64,000 nt of DNA. Origin: Geosiphon pyriformis uo1. Lineage: Eukaryota > Fungi > Glomeromycota. The stretch lies in assembly GCA_016748015.1 (NCBI GenBank), contig JAAOMT010000213.1, positions 523,107 to 587,106 on the forward strand, written 5' to 3'. The notes under the pieces are model-generated. The model saw only the letters and a list, made by a program, of their open reading frames with translations. It did not search any database and was not told where the DNA came from. Position 1 is the stretch's first letter. Every line of letters begins with the position of its first letter. Below, piece after piece: positions 39,575 to 51,811 of the stretch. Made by a program: the position numbers and the translations under genes.

Positions 39575-40260
39575 TTGGCAAAACAGAACTAAAATTCTTG
39601 GGACATATAGTTAGCAAAGATGGCATCAAGATGGATCCAGATAAGATAGAGATAGTAAAGAAATTCCCAGTACCAATCAACACAACTCAGTTAAAATCAT
39701 TCTTAGAATTTGCAGGCTACTATTGCCACTTCATCAAAGATTTTTCAAAGATAGCTCAGCCATTCAATCATCTTCAAACCAAGAATACAAAATATGAATG
39801 GACTGAAACACAGCAAGAAGTTTTTGACATCTTAAGAAGAAAGCTTATTCAAGCTCTAATATTGATCTATCCAAATTATAGCAAACCATTGATCATCATC
39901 ACTGATGCATTAGGCCAAGCATTGGAAGCAGTACTATTTCAGAGAGGATGGGATGGAAGGGAACATCTAGTAGCTTATGCCAGTAGAGGCTTAACACCAG
40001 CCGAAAAGAACTATGAAACACCAGAATTAGAACATCTAGCAATCTATTGGGCAGTTATAAAATGGAAAAAATACTTGAGCCAAAAGTTTGAAGTATACAC
40101 AGATCACAAAGGATTGACATCACTCCAATAACAAGAATTTGGAAATGAAAGACAGTCAAGGTAGAAAATGGCACTTTTGCCATATACTTATATCATACAT
40201 TATAAAAAGGGAAAAGACAATGGAAATGTCAACAGTTTGTCACGAATAAGACAAATCTAA
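39575..40260 (+). pseudogene. B1 gag-pol segment 3 (RT thumb, RNase H)
   Basis: GKTELKFLGHIVS...ITDA...VAYASR...VYTDH...SLSRIRQI, stop. Confidence 0.92.
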
Positions 40261-40321
40261 GAACATTTTAACCCAAAAATATAACAAAACCAAAACAATA
40301 CTCATAAAAATATAACAAAAG

Positions 40322-41698
40322 ATGAACACACAAAAATATCAACAACTTCAACATTATATAAATACTCAATAATTCAAGAAGAAATTATCTCAACTGGAAC
40401 AAAAGAGGATCAAACAACAATCCAAATATTTTATCACTCACCAAAATATACTTTATCGGAAAAATAGAAAAGATTCAGATCAACCAACCAGAGTAATTAC
40501 AGAACCAGAAAAAGAGACAATACTGTTCAACATGTACTCAAATCCAACTGCAGGACATTTTCATAAAGAAGCAACCATGAAAAGAACCAGAAAGAGATAC
40601 TATTGACTATCAATATATCCAGACATCATATAATATATACAAAATTGTAATGCTTGTCAAAAAAGAGAAGAAACAAGACCCAGCAAACTATTGAGACCAA
40701 TCAAAGTGGGACAACCATTTGACTGCATTGGAATCAATTTAGTCAAACCATTGACAATTACCAGCAGAGACAACAGATATATTGCAGTAGCCATGGACTA
40801 TCTTACTAAATGGCCAGAAGCAAAAGCAATTTAAAGAGTGAATGCAAAATCCATTGCCAAATTCGTTCATCAAGAGTTAATCTGTCAACATGGATGTCCA
40901 AAAGAATTACTGTCAGATCAAGGAACTCACTTTGTAAACAAAACACTAGAAGAACTAAGTCAAAGATTTGGAGTTAAGAGACCATTGTTATTACCATACC
41001 ATCCACAAACCAATGGACTAGTTGAAAGATTTAATAGAACACTGTGTGAAGCAGTTGCCAAGATCAGTCAAAAAAACCAAGATGAATGGGATTTGTTTAT
41101 ACCATCAATACTATTTGCTTATCGGACAATGAAGCAAGACACTACACAAGCAACACTATTTGAATTAGTATACAGTAGAACAGCAACACTATCAATTGAG
41201 ATAAAAGTCAACACTTATCCAACAAAACCAATAACTGTAGACAATTTTCAGAAAACATTACTAAGAAGAACATATGATTTGATGGAAACTCTAGAAAACA
41301 AGTGATGAAGAACAGCTGATAACATTAAAAAGGCACAAGAGAAACAAAAAGAGAGGCACAATAACCAACTACCAGACAAACCAGTTAAATTCAAGATTAG
41401 AGACAAAGTATTTTTACATCATACTAAAGTGGAAAAACAATGGAGTGGGAAATTTGACCCCAAATGAAACAGACCATTTCACATAGAAGAAATTCTAAAA
41501 AATAGAGCTTACAAATTAAGACTGAACAACAGAATTTTAGCCAAAGCAACACATGGTAATCAACTGAAACCATATCACCAGATAGCATCAGCATCTACCA
41601 ATAACATTCCACAACTGGGAGTACAAAAAATACTAGTCCAACCAGACGAAATTCCACGAGACCGGGAACCAATCATCATCATTAGACCAAACACGTAA
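40322..41698 (+). pseudogene. Integrase ORF of B1
   Basis: ATG at 40322 (MNTQKYQQLQHY); colinear with the B2 integrase. Confidence 0.92.
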
Positions 41699-41727
41699 AA
41701 TTGAACAACAAAAGAGTATATAAAGAC

Positions 41728-42384
41728 ATGGTCGACGCAACAAAAGATACCAGAAAAATGGAAATCACCAACATCCACTTACTAGCACAACAACTTTTTC
41801 AATTGATCCAACACCAAGAAATGGAAATTACAATCAATCAACAAACCATTTGATATCAAGATACTAGAAAGACATTACAACACAGAAAACAAAAAAAACC
41901 AGAAGATACTGTCAACAAAATCATTGCAAAAGTAAAACTGGCAATAAAAGAATTGACAAAAGAGTTAATATATCAAAAGTTGACTAAAAAAACTTGGAAT
42001 TGGTGGATACAACAATTTTCAAGAAACTATTGTTATTTCTACTTAGGACAACACGTGAATATCCAGAACTTATATATGGATAAAACAAAGCAGTTATTTG
42101 ACACAACAATACTACAACAACTAGAACATTTTGTGAGAAAAAACAATTTATCCACACAAGCTCGAGCTATATACTGAATACACTCAGCATTTTAAGATCG
42201 ACCAGAAATTTTACTCAACAAAGCAATAAATACAGTTACCAGTAATCAATTGGAAAAGATTACCAATGCTCAATTTGAAAAATTACAAACTCAAATAACA
42301 CAAGTAATTCTCAAAAACAAAATTCAGGAAATACTTCAAGAGGGAGAATTAAAAGAGTTGGATTTCGATGGAGCTCAATATTAA
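41728..42384 (+). pseudogene. Accessory ORF3 of B1 (about 218 aa)
   Basis: ATG at 41728, single frame to TAA at 42384 with C-to-T stops; ends LDFDGAQY. Confidence 0.8.
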
Positions 42385-42397
42385 AAGGAGAGAATAA

Positions 42398-43214
42398 TGT
42401 TATTCATAGAAATATAGGAAATATATTAGCATGATTATTAGCCAATTAGAAGTAGACATAGTAAATGTAGAATTCCAGGATTCCTCTTAGGAATTGCAGG
42501 ATTCCAGAATTTCAGAATTTTTCTTAAAGGAATTGCAGGATTCTAGGAATTCTAGGATTTCTGTCATAAAGAATTGAGAAATTAAGGAATTTCAATTATG
42601 TATATATAGCAATAGTATTAGAAGCTAAAAAGAAAAGACCTCTGAGTTTAGATGTAATCTAAGCAACTCTCCAAATCACAGTCATCTAATAAATAACTAT
42701 TTGTTATTTCAAAAAACCACTGTTATTATCAACTATTCATGTTGATAGTAATTGATACTTAACCACACTGGAACAATAGCTCTTGATCACAACTATTGAT
42801 AGGATACTAAAGTTGCATACCGCCTTGACTTATTTCTTTATATTTCTTTATTTTCTTTATTTTTCTTTGATTTTTGTTATTGTGCACTAACCAATTGATT
42901 AAAAGCGCTGATTACTGACATCAAGAATTGTCTGGTAAAAGACCCCTGTGAGTGAATAGGACATGTACAGAAAATACGGATTACTTACCAGAGGATTACC
43001 AGCCACCAAGCCAAGAAAAAAATTGACAGACTTGCAAGTCTGGAAAGCTATAAATAAAACAATTATTGAATCTCTGTTCATTATACAAAGAACTCATTTG
43101 GAAAACCTTCAGATACCAACCACTTAAAGATATTATCAACAACACGAGTAGCTTTTGAGCACCAAGTTATGGGTTTATTATTTAATCCAACAACAGAAAT
43201 TGTCACTTGTAACA
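42398..43214 (+). repeat. 3' LTR of B1
   Basis: Preceded by PPT AAAAGGAGAGAA; matches 3010-3845. Confidence 0.95.
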
Positions 43215-45111
43215 GTGGTCTGTATTTCATCATAATCCATGTCACCAAAGTCAACTTTAAATCTAAGACAAACAATGTTCTTAGATACACCAATCAAAAG
43301 ATTGGCAAAATTGTTAGAAGCATATTTTATAGAAAGAAGATCTTTCTCTAACTGAACAGTCTTAACAGCATTATTATTAAGGAGATGAGATACCAAGGCA
43401 ACCAAAGAGCCAACAGGCTCAACAATAGACTTTACCAAAGCAGCCAAATCCGAAATTTGCTTTTTCAAAGAGTCCAATCTGGATCTAATAGCAGGATCAA
43501 CAACAGCTACAAGAGGGGTGAAAGCCACCAAAGAAGGAAATTCAGACATAACAGAGGGGGTAGATGTCTTAGCATAAGACAAAGAACCAACAAAATGTGG
43601 TTTGAACACCTTGGGAGCCTTAGAAAAGGGAAATGAAACAACTTTACAGTCTACAGCCAAGTGATTTGTTTCTTGGCACTGAAAACAATGCCAACAATTA
43701 AGAGTCTCCCATCAGATATAGCACTTTCTAAATGTACTAGTATTGGCAACAGCAAGGTCCAAATCAGCTTGGGAGCCAAACATAACTAGAGCAAAGTGGA
43801 GATGACAACCAGAATTAGGAGACTGAGGAATGAAACAAGTTCTGCCACCAATCTGAAAAATCATATTACTGATTTTAAAAGCAGTACAGCCAAGAAAAAA
43901 ATTAACCAACTTGGTCTTAAACCTATCACGAGACAAAATAGTTTCATTTTGATTCACCAAAGAAAGGATTTTAACACTATTCTTGCCCACTAATATTGAT
44001 CAATGATTCAAAGCAGACACAACAGAATCCAACTTCTCAAAATAAACTACTACATACTGCCAAACACCAGCAGGCTTTAGCACAACACAAACAACACTAC
44101 CAAACACACTAAGAGCTGTCTTAATGTCAATAGCAGACACATCCAAGGGCATATCACGCAGTGCAACAGCAGCAGAAAGGGAACCAGACTCAAAAATTAC
44201 CAAAGACTTGGCAATTTTAAAGGTGGCCAAATGTATAAAGCTTGTAAGCTTAACTAAGAATGCAGCTTTCAAAGACACTTGAGAAACAAACTCCACACAA
44301 AGCAGCTTTACATTGTCTTTTAATACTGACTGAAAAACAGTCTTAACATGAGCCAATTTGATCTTAAAAGTAATACCAGGCACTAAAGTGGAGGCCACCC
44401 ACTCAGCAAACCTTTGATGACTAATAATAATTTCCCAAGCACTACCAAAAGTAGCACCAGAAACTAGAGGGGAAGATGATTCAGTTTCCATTTGATCAGC
44501 CCAGTTCTCAAGAAAAGGTGACCCAACAAGAGAAGATTGCTTTGATTCTAAAACTGGCAATAATCTACCAAAAGACACCACATTTGGCAACACAGCCAGT
44601 AGTTGATCTTGGCCCATCTTGGACAATGTGCCAGATAATGCTATGAAGATCTCATCTAAGATCTCATTGGGAACCACAAAAGAGTTTGGTGTAACAATAG
44701 CAAAGGCAAACAACTGCCCCACTTTTTTGAACTTTTGGTTTTTTTGACCATTTTTTTTGAAGAGGTGGTGCTAGAAGCACCAGGTGTTAAATCTATAGAA
44801 GAGAAGACCAGTTTATTTACTGGTCTATTATTAAAAACTTTTGGGCTCTTAGTTGAAGTGAAGGCAACACTGGGACTAACTCAAGTATGTCTCTTTGAGG
44901 AAACTTTGACTGGTAAGAAACCAGCCAAAGATGAGGAAGTTGTTTCAGTGGCTACCAAAAGCAGCTTATTATGATTACTGGGTAAAAGAAAGGCTTCTAA
45001 AACATTCTGCTTAGTTGCTTCTACAATAAAGAAAGCTTTTTTGGTTGAAATTTTATTAGATATTTCAGGACAGATATCAAATGCAGCTTTTTTACTTTTT
45101 GTTCTGGTCAT
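43215..45111 (-). mobile_element. LINE ORF1-like element copy 1 (its first codons and leader lie at 54982-55020, split off by A3)
   Basis: RRM-like segments (AVALRDMPLDVS...YVVVYF; KTKLVN...FALVMF), CFQCQETNHLAVDC knuckle, coiled-coil-like C-terminal part; ATG at 54991; homologous to 55554-57679. Confidence 0.75.
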
Positions 45112-46076
45112 TGTTACCAGTAAAATTTTAGCTATTAATTAGCATGAAATTACCCTTATAATTCCTATAATTAATTAGTATATTAATATCATTTCAAATT
45201 ATTATTTATTATTTAATCAATTATCACATATCACGATTCAATTAAAAGAATCTAATTAGTATAACAGAAAGTAGGATAATCAAATTACACAATATCCTGA
45301 ACTTTGTAACATTCTAAAATTCGCCGAAATTTACAGAAATTCGCCAAAATTATGAATAGTTCACCCAAATTAATCAATAGTTCAGCGAAATAACTTGTAG
45401 TTCATCAAAATATATCTTTAGTTCACCAAAATTTGAGCAAAAAGAAAAAGTGCAAGTTCATAGACTAGTACTACAACAAGTTGTATAAAAGAAGAGCTTT
45501 TCTCTTCAAGAAAATGTATCTTATTTTAGATTTATTTCTTAAAACCGTTCCTACACACAAAAAGAAATAAATATCAAATAATTCGAAAAACCAAATTTTT
45601 TTAATTATTGTACTTGAAAAATCCCCAAAACCCAACTAACATTTCGAAATTGATTAGCTACCAATTTCAGTAAACTATTAGTGACTTCAGGCCTGGATAG
45701 AAAACGTTTCCCTTGACAGAATTCTATTTCTTTTACATTTCTTTTATTTTTATTTTCTTATTACAATCATTAGAGTAGCCTACAGATAAGATTCCTGTAG
45801 AAGAATTGACTTTTACAGCAAAGTAACTACACATTTTTAGTGAGCTTCCAGATGAGCAATTCCTGGGAAAGAGTTGATGTTTACTATAATGTAACTACAT
45901 AAAGTAACTGGCAAGAAATTGGCCATTCCACTTATAAGCCCAGCAGTTCAAATTATAGGAGATAATTTGAAGATAAATTCAGTTATTGGAGGTTCAACTA
46001 CTTCTAGAAAACGTGAATTTGCAACCAACAGACAGTTACAACATTCAAGAAAAGAGACCAAAAACCTCTGGTAACA
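45112..46076 (+). repeat. 5' LTR of A3
   Basis: TGTTACCAG...CTGGTAACA inverted termini; TATA-like GTATAAAAG at about 45483. Confidence 0.96.
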
Positions 46077-46078
46077 TT

Positions 46079-46096
46079 TGGTGCTCTCCCATAGAA
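46079..46096 (+). promoter_or_regulatory. Primer-binding site of A3
   Basis: TGGTGCTCTCCCATAGAA after a TT spacer; primer tRNA not assigned (Thr is a candidate by recollection). Confidence 0.85.
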
Positions 46097-46121
46097 ATAA
46101 CACAGTGACAACAAATTCAAA

Positions 46122-49100
46122 GTGGCAACCACACCAGACACAGCAACTTTAGAGTATTACCAGTCAATTTACACTCACTGCAAACAAAGATTCAACATTC
46201 CAGACGGAATTGAAGTTGTAAAGAAATCAGTATACCAATACATTAAAAACCGTATCAACAATTATCTTTTTGGAAACTACAACATTTCAGAAGTTAAAAG
46301 CAACCTCTACAATAATTTAGTGCACTATTCACAATTAGAAACAGAAGACCTAAACAGTAAAACACTTGCTACCTACTTCCAAAAACTTAATTTTAACATT
46401 ATTGAGTATTGTGAAGAAAAATACCCAGTACAGTCTAAATACTCTTTTGATTTTAAATCAGAGACAGAAACAGGCAACAAAGGCAAACAAAGATTGAAGC
46501 AATACTCAAAAACCACTCCAAACACTCCAACACTACAAAAGACACCTGCCAAACACTTGCAAACACCTGAACAAGGAACTAGTGTCAAATTACTACTTTC
46601 TATTACATCATTTCCAATTTCACTTGTTCAACCACAAACACCAAATTCTCCACTTAACTGCTTCTCCAGACTAGAAGATTTTCAGTCACCTAGAAACCCT
46701 ACTTAACAGCAGAAACCAATATCAACAAGTGCTAACATTATTGATTACTTACAGGAAAACGAAAGTAATCATTCAGAAAGCTTGGAAAGTGAAGAAACTG
46801 AATCAGAACCAAAAGAAATTACAGAAACCGAAAAAGAAATGGCAACTGCTTACATTGCAAAAATCCCAGAATTCACTAGTGAAGACAATGATACTAGTCC
46901 TCAAGAATGGCTTGACAAAGTTCTAAAAGCAGGAGATGCAAATGGTTGGATTGCAGCAAGAATGCTCAAAGCAATTCTCTACTTTCTTCAAGGAACAGTA
47001 GAAGAATGGTTTGAAAATTTAGAAGAACCATTTGAAAACTGGCAAGCATTCAAAGATACTTTTCTACAACAATTCACTGACAACAATACCTCTATCACTC
47101 TCAGAAACTGCTTTTGCAATATCAAACAAGAAACATCTGAAACTGTTATGACCTACCTTAAAAGATTTAACAAACTTCTCAGACAAATCCGACAATTGGA
47201 AACCAATGACTACTATTCTGATGCTCAAATTCTGGATCAGTTTATAGCAGGGTTAAAAGACAAACTGATTAAGAAAGTCTGTCCACATGCTCCAGCAGAC
47301 TTAGCAACTGCTATTAGACATGCAAAAAGCTATGAGATGACAATGGAAGAAGCAAATTACACCAAGCTTGTAAATCTTGCAATTGGAGAAACCAGCTCAG
47401 CAGCTGAAGAAAAGATAGACCAACTTACAAAGAAAGTTGAAAGCTATTTTACAAACCAACAACAATAGCAGCAACAACCACAAAGATATTAACTATTACA
47501 ACGACGCAACCAAAACAATTTTGGATTACCATCCAACAACCAATCTCAAAATTGTCATTATTGTGGAATTCCAGGACACTAGAAATGAGATTGTAGAAAA
47601 TTGCAAAGAGACCAACAAAACAGGAGTAATCAACATTACTCTTCACCACAACAATCCTATTACCAATTTTCACCACCAACCTATTATTCACCAAGACCAC
47701 AAAATCAAAACTACTATCTACTAGCTCCACAATCAATGCAGCAACAATATCAGCAACCTTTACCAATTCAGCCATATCAGACACCACCCACTCAACAATA
47801 TTAAGTACCAGCAAGAAGATTGGTTCAACATAACCAATTCACACCCCAAAATCAATTGCAGAGTAACCACAACAGAATTAATCCAAATAACCAGTTGGTT
47901 CTCTAAAATCTTGGTCAGCAAAGACCCAATCACTATCACACTCAACCCAGTTATTTTACAATACCAGAGGAATCGGATTTTCAACAAACTGCACTTTCTG
48001 AAGGTGAAGTTGCAGTACTAAGATCAAACCCTTCCAACCACACCATTCCACCAGCTCAAATTGCCCAAAATGCCAATTTGTTAGATATATTTCCATTTGA
48101 ATTTGAAGCAAATGAATCACCATTTCTGCTTAGTAATGCAGCAGTCAATGAACAGAAAGCAATTACTGCTATGTACACTGAAGTTACAGTAAAAGAAAAA
48201 CCCATTCGCTTAATCTTAGATAGTAGATCGGCTGGAAGTATCATCACTTACCAGCTGATGCAACAACTCAAACGAAACGTAGATAGACCAGCTCAAACAA
48301 TTATTGTCACAGCTGATAGTATAAAGAAAACTCCAGTGGAAGAAATTGATGATTTCCTCTTTATAATTGATGAAATCACCATTCCAGTTAAAGTTCTTGT
48401 CATGGATGTACTCCAATATCAAGCTCTAGTCGGAAATGATTGGCTTCTCAAGGCCAATGCAAACCTGAACTGGGAAACTTAAGAACTTAAAATCTCATAC
48501 CAAGGACAATATACCATCGTACCTGTAACTTGTGGTATCTTTAACAAATAATTAGAAAAAGCTCCAGTAATTGAATTTGAAGAAGAGAAGGAAATGCCAC
48601 TTATTGAAATCTACATGGTTCTTGGATCACCATCCAATTGGGCTGAGGAAACAGAACAAGAGATTTTTGAAGAATCAAGGGGATGGAAGAAAGTTAGATA
48701 TTCCATACTAGAACCACGAAAAGAACCACTATACATTCCACTAAAATGCAAAAATTGCAAAAAGAAGCTTTTATCTATGGGAGCCTGCATCTCCCCAGAA
48801 GAGGAATACGAAACTCACACTTGTTATTTCTGCAAGGCATGTCATAGAGAACAATTTGAATTCCCAAAGAGAAGTGGAAAATGGGACAAAATTCTTTGCC
48901 TTACATGTAGAGAAATGCTACCAGAAGAATGCAATTGGATTGATGTAGCAATGAGAGGAGGAGTATGTGATCAAACCTGTCAATATGCTCTAGTAATTTC
49001 GAAAAAAGTCAGAAGAGGAACACCATTTGATGCAGCATACAACAGTGCTCTCAATAAACTTTACCACTACCCTCATGATGTTGAAATGATTTTTAACCTA

Positions 49101-51743
49101 GCAATGACATTGATCAATGGAGCCACCCAAGAAGATGTCTGCCAAATGAAAGAAGCTAAATATATTGAGTATACCATGGAATTAGCTGGATTTGATTATG
49201 AAGATAAAGTAGAAACCTACCACCAAATTGCAAGCCATATATATCCGACCAAAGAAGCTCAAATTCAATGATTAGAGCAAATAAACATTCAATTGTGTGA
49301 AGAATGTATTATGCCTTGTAACGACCAATGGTGTTTAGAATGTTATGCTTTTAGCATTCCTCTGCCAGATGAGAATGATGAAAATGAAATCGAATTTGGA
49401 GTAGCTGAACTAAGAGAAGAACTACCAACCACCCCCATCTATTTTCTTGAAAAGCAACCACCTCTACAACTTAAATATTTTGACAATCATGGCCAAGGAA
49501 TCAGACCAGAAAAAACACACAAAATTGATGCTGGATATGACTTAAGATACTCAGGAAAAGATACTTTGGTTCTTCAACCAAAGTTTTTGACAAAAATCAA
49601 TCTCAAAATTGCTCTTGAAATTCTACCAGGAGTAATGGTTCAAATTGCCTCCAGATCATCATTGGCAAGCAAAGGAATCAATATTAAAGGAGGAGTTATA
49701 GATGCAGGATACACTGGAGACATTACCATTATGTTGCAGAATGAGACAGACAAACCATTCAAAATTGAACATGCTAAAAAAATTGCTCAAGCAATCTACT
49801 TATCCTTAATCAACATTTCGGGTTTACAATCAGTAAACAACAGAGAACAATTGGAAAAAAGTGAAAGAGGAACTCAAGATTTTGGTTCAACTGAACAATT
49901 TACAGTTCCAGTAAACATAGCTCTTAATACATAAAATGAATCTCACCAGATTCTTCAACTTCCCCAGCCAATTACCATTTCACTTTTTGGAGAACATTAC
50001 GAAATTTACACTTGCTCAAAACCCACCACTACACAACAAATCTTTGAATCCAATGAACAAATCTGTTTGAAGCATGAAATCTCAATTCCAAACGTTTATA
50101 TTTCCAAAGGAATGAAAAAAATTCGAGTTACATTCTACAACCTTAATAATTACCCTATTGTCTTATTAAACAAATTAGAAATTGGAATCATACACAGCAA
50201 TATTTTTCAAGATGAAAACTCTCAAATTGTCTCTAATTTCATCGAAATTGTAAGGCACACTCTACTTCCAAATCCAAACATTATTCCCACTACTGAAAAC
50301 TACTACTTTTTGGAGGAAAAACTTTCTCAAATCAACATGGGTCCCTTAGAACCTTAACAACAAAGACAATTGAAACAATTGATAGCTGAATTTGCAGATA
50401 TATTTGCAAAAGACAACAATGACTTGGGAAAAACAGATATTGTTCAACATCAGATCCATACAGGAGATGCTCCACCAAAATGTCAACAAGCTTATCGAGT
50501 ACCACCTGCCAGCCACCAATTTATCAGAGAAGAGGTCCAAAGAATGCTCAATAACGGATTAATTCAACCATCAAGAAGTTCTTGGGCCTCACCAGTAGTT
50601 TTAGTTAAAAAGAAAAACGGAAAAATCAGATTCTGTGTTGATTATAGACAACTGAATAGTATTATAATTGGAAATGCCTACCCTCTTCCAAGAATTGATG
50701 ACATGTTAGATGTTCTAGGAAAAGCCAAGTTCTTCTCAACTTTAGACTTGGAAAGTGGATACTGGCAAGTCGAAATGGACCCAAAAGATCGACCCAAAAC
50801 AGCATTTACCACCCAGGAAAGAAACTATGAATTCAATGTTATGCCTTTTGGACTCTGCAATACACCAGCAACATTCCAGCGACTTATGGATGTTGTATAT
50901 GAAGGACTCTTGTGGCAATCAGTAGTTGTCTATCTTGATAACACTGATGTATACTCACCAAGCTTTGAGACTCATCTCATTCACCTGTGAAAAGTTTTTC
51001 AATGATTACGGAAAGCAGAATTAAAGTTAAACATTGAGAAATGTCACTTTGGAAAAACAAGCTTGATCTTTCTTGAACACATAGTTAGTAAAGATGAAGT
51101 CAAACCAAATCCAGGAACAATCAGTGCTGTCAAAAACTTTCAAACTCCCAAAAATACTACAGAACTAAGAGGATTTGTAGGATTAGCCTCTTACTATCGA
51201 AAATTCATAAAAGGATTCTCAGAAATTGCTAAACCACTTAATTATCTTACCAACAAAAACGTACCATACAAATAAACTGAAGAACAACAAAAAGCTTTTG
51301 AAACTCTCAAAACAAAATTGACAACAGCCCCAGTTCTTGTTTACCCAGACTTCAACAAACAATTTCAATTAGCCACTAATGCTTTACACATAGCATTTGG
51401 TGCCATCTTATCACAATTGGATGAAAATGGCCAGGAACAAGTTATTGCCTATGCCAGCAGAACACTCAAGCCAACAGAACTCAAATATGGCTCAACTGAA
51501 CTGGAAGCTGCTGCAGTCATCTGGGCTCTCAAACACTTTCAACAATATCTAAAAAATGGAAAAAAATTTGACATAATAACTGACAATATTGGCCTCAAAT
51601 GGCTTAATAAAAAAAAAACTGAACAAAGTGCCAAACAGTCTCAATGGAATGACTTCCTAGCAGATTACCAATACATTGTACATCATAAACCAGGAAAACT
51701 ACACACCAATATTGATAGCCTCTCAAGAATAAGACAATATTAA
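46122..51743 (+). pseudogene. A3 gag-pol polyprotein, single frame, about 1873 aa (N-domain, CA, NC, PR, Cys-rich, dUTPase, dUTPase-like, RT, RNase H)
   Basis: Ten ORF fragments all in one frame; CHYCGIPGH knuckle, LILDSRSAG, AGYDL/RSSLA/GVIDAGYTG/KIAQ/RGTQDFGST, RT, DSLSRIRQY stop. Confidence 0.95.
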
Positions 51744-51811
51744 TATCAACATTAACACCAACAAAATACCAACAAACTTAACAGCAGAACCAAACAACAA
51801 GATTACCAACA

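Larger units (their letters stand above)
3010..43214 (+). mobile_element. Full-length Gypsy element B1, interrupted by A1 (with A2) and B2
   Basis: Matching LTRs 3010-3845 and 42398-43214; TSD GTGG at 3006-3009 and 43215-43218; coding sequence rejoins exactly across both insertions. Confidence 0.95.
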
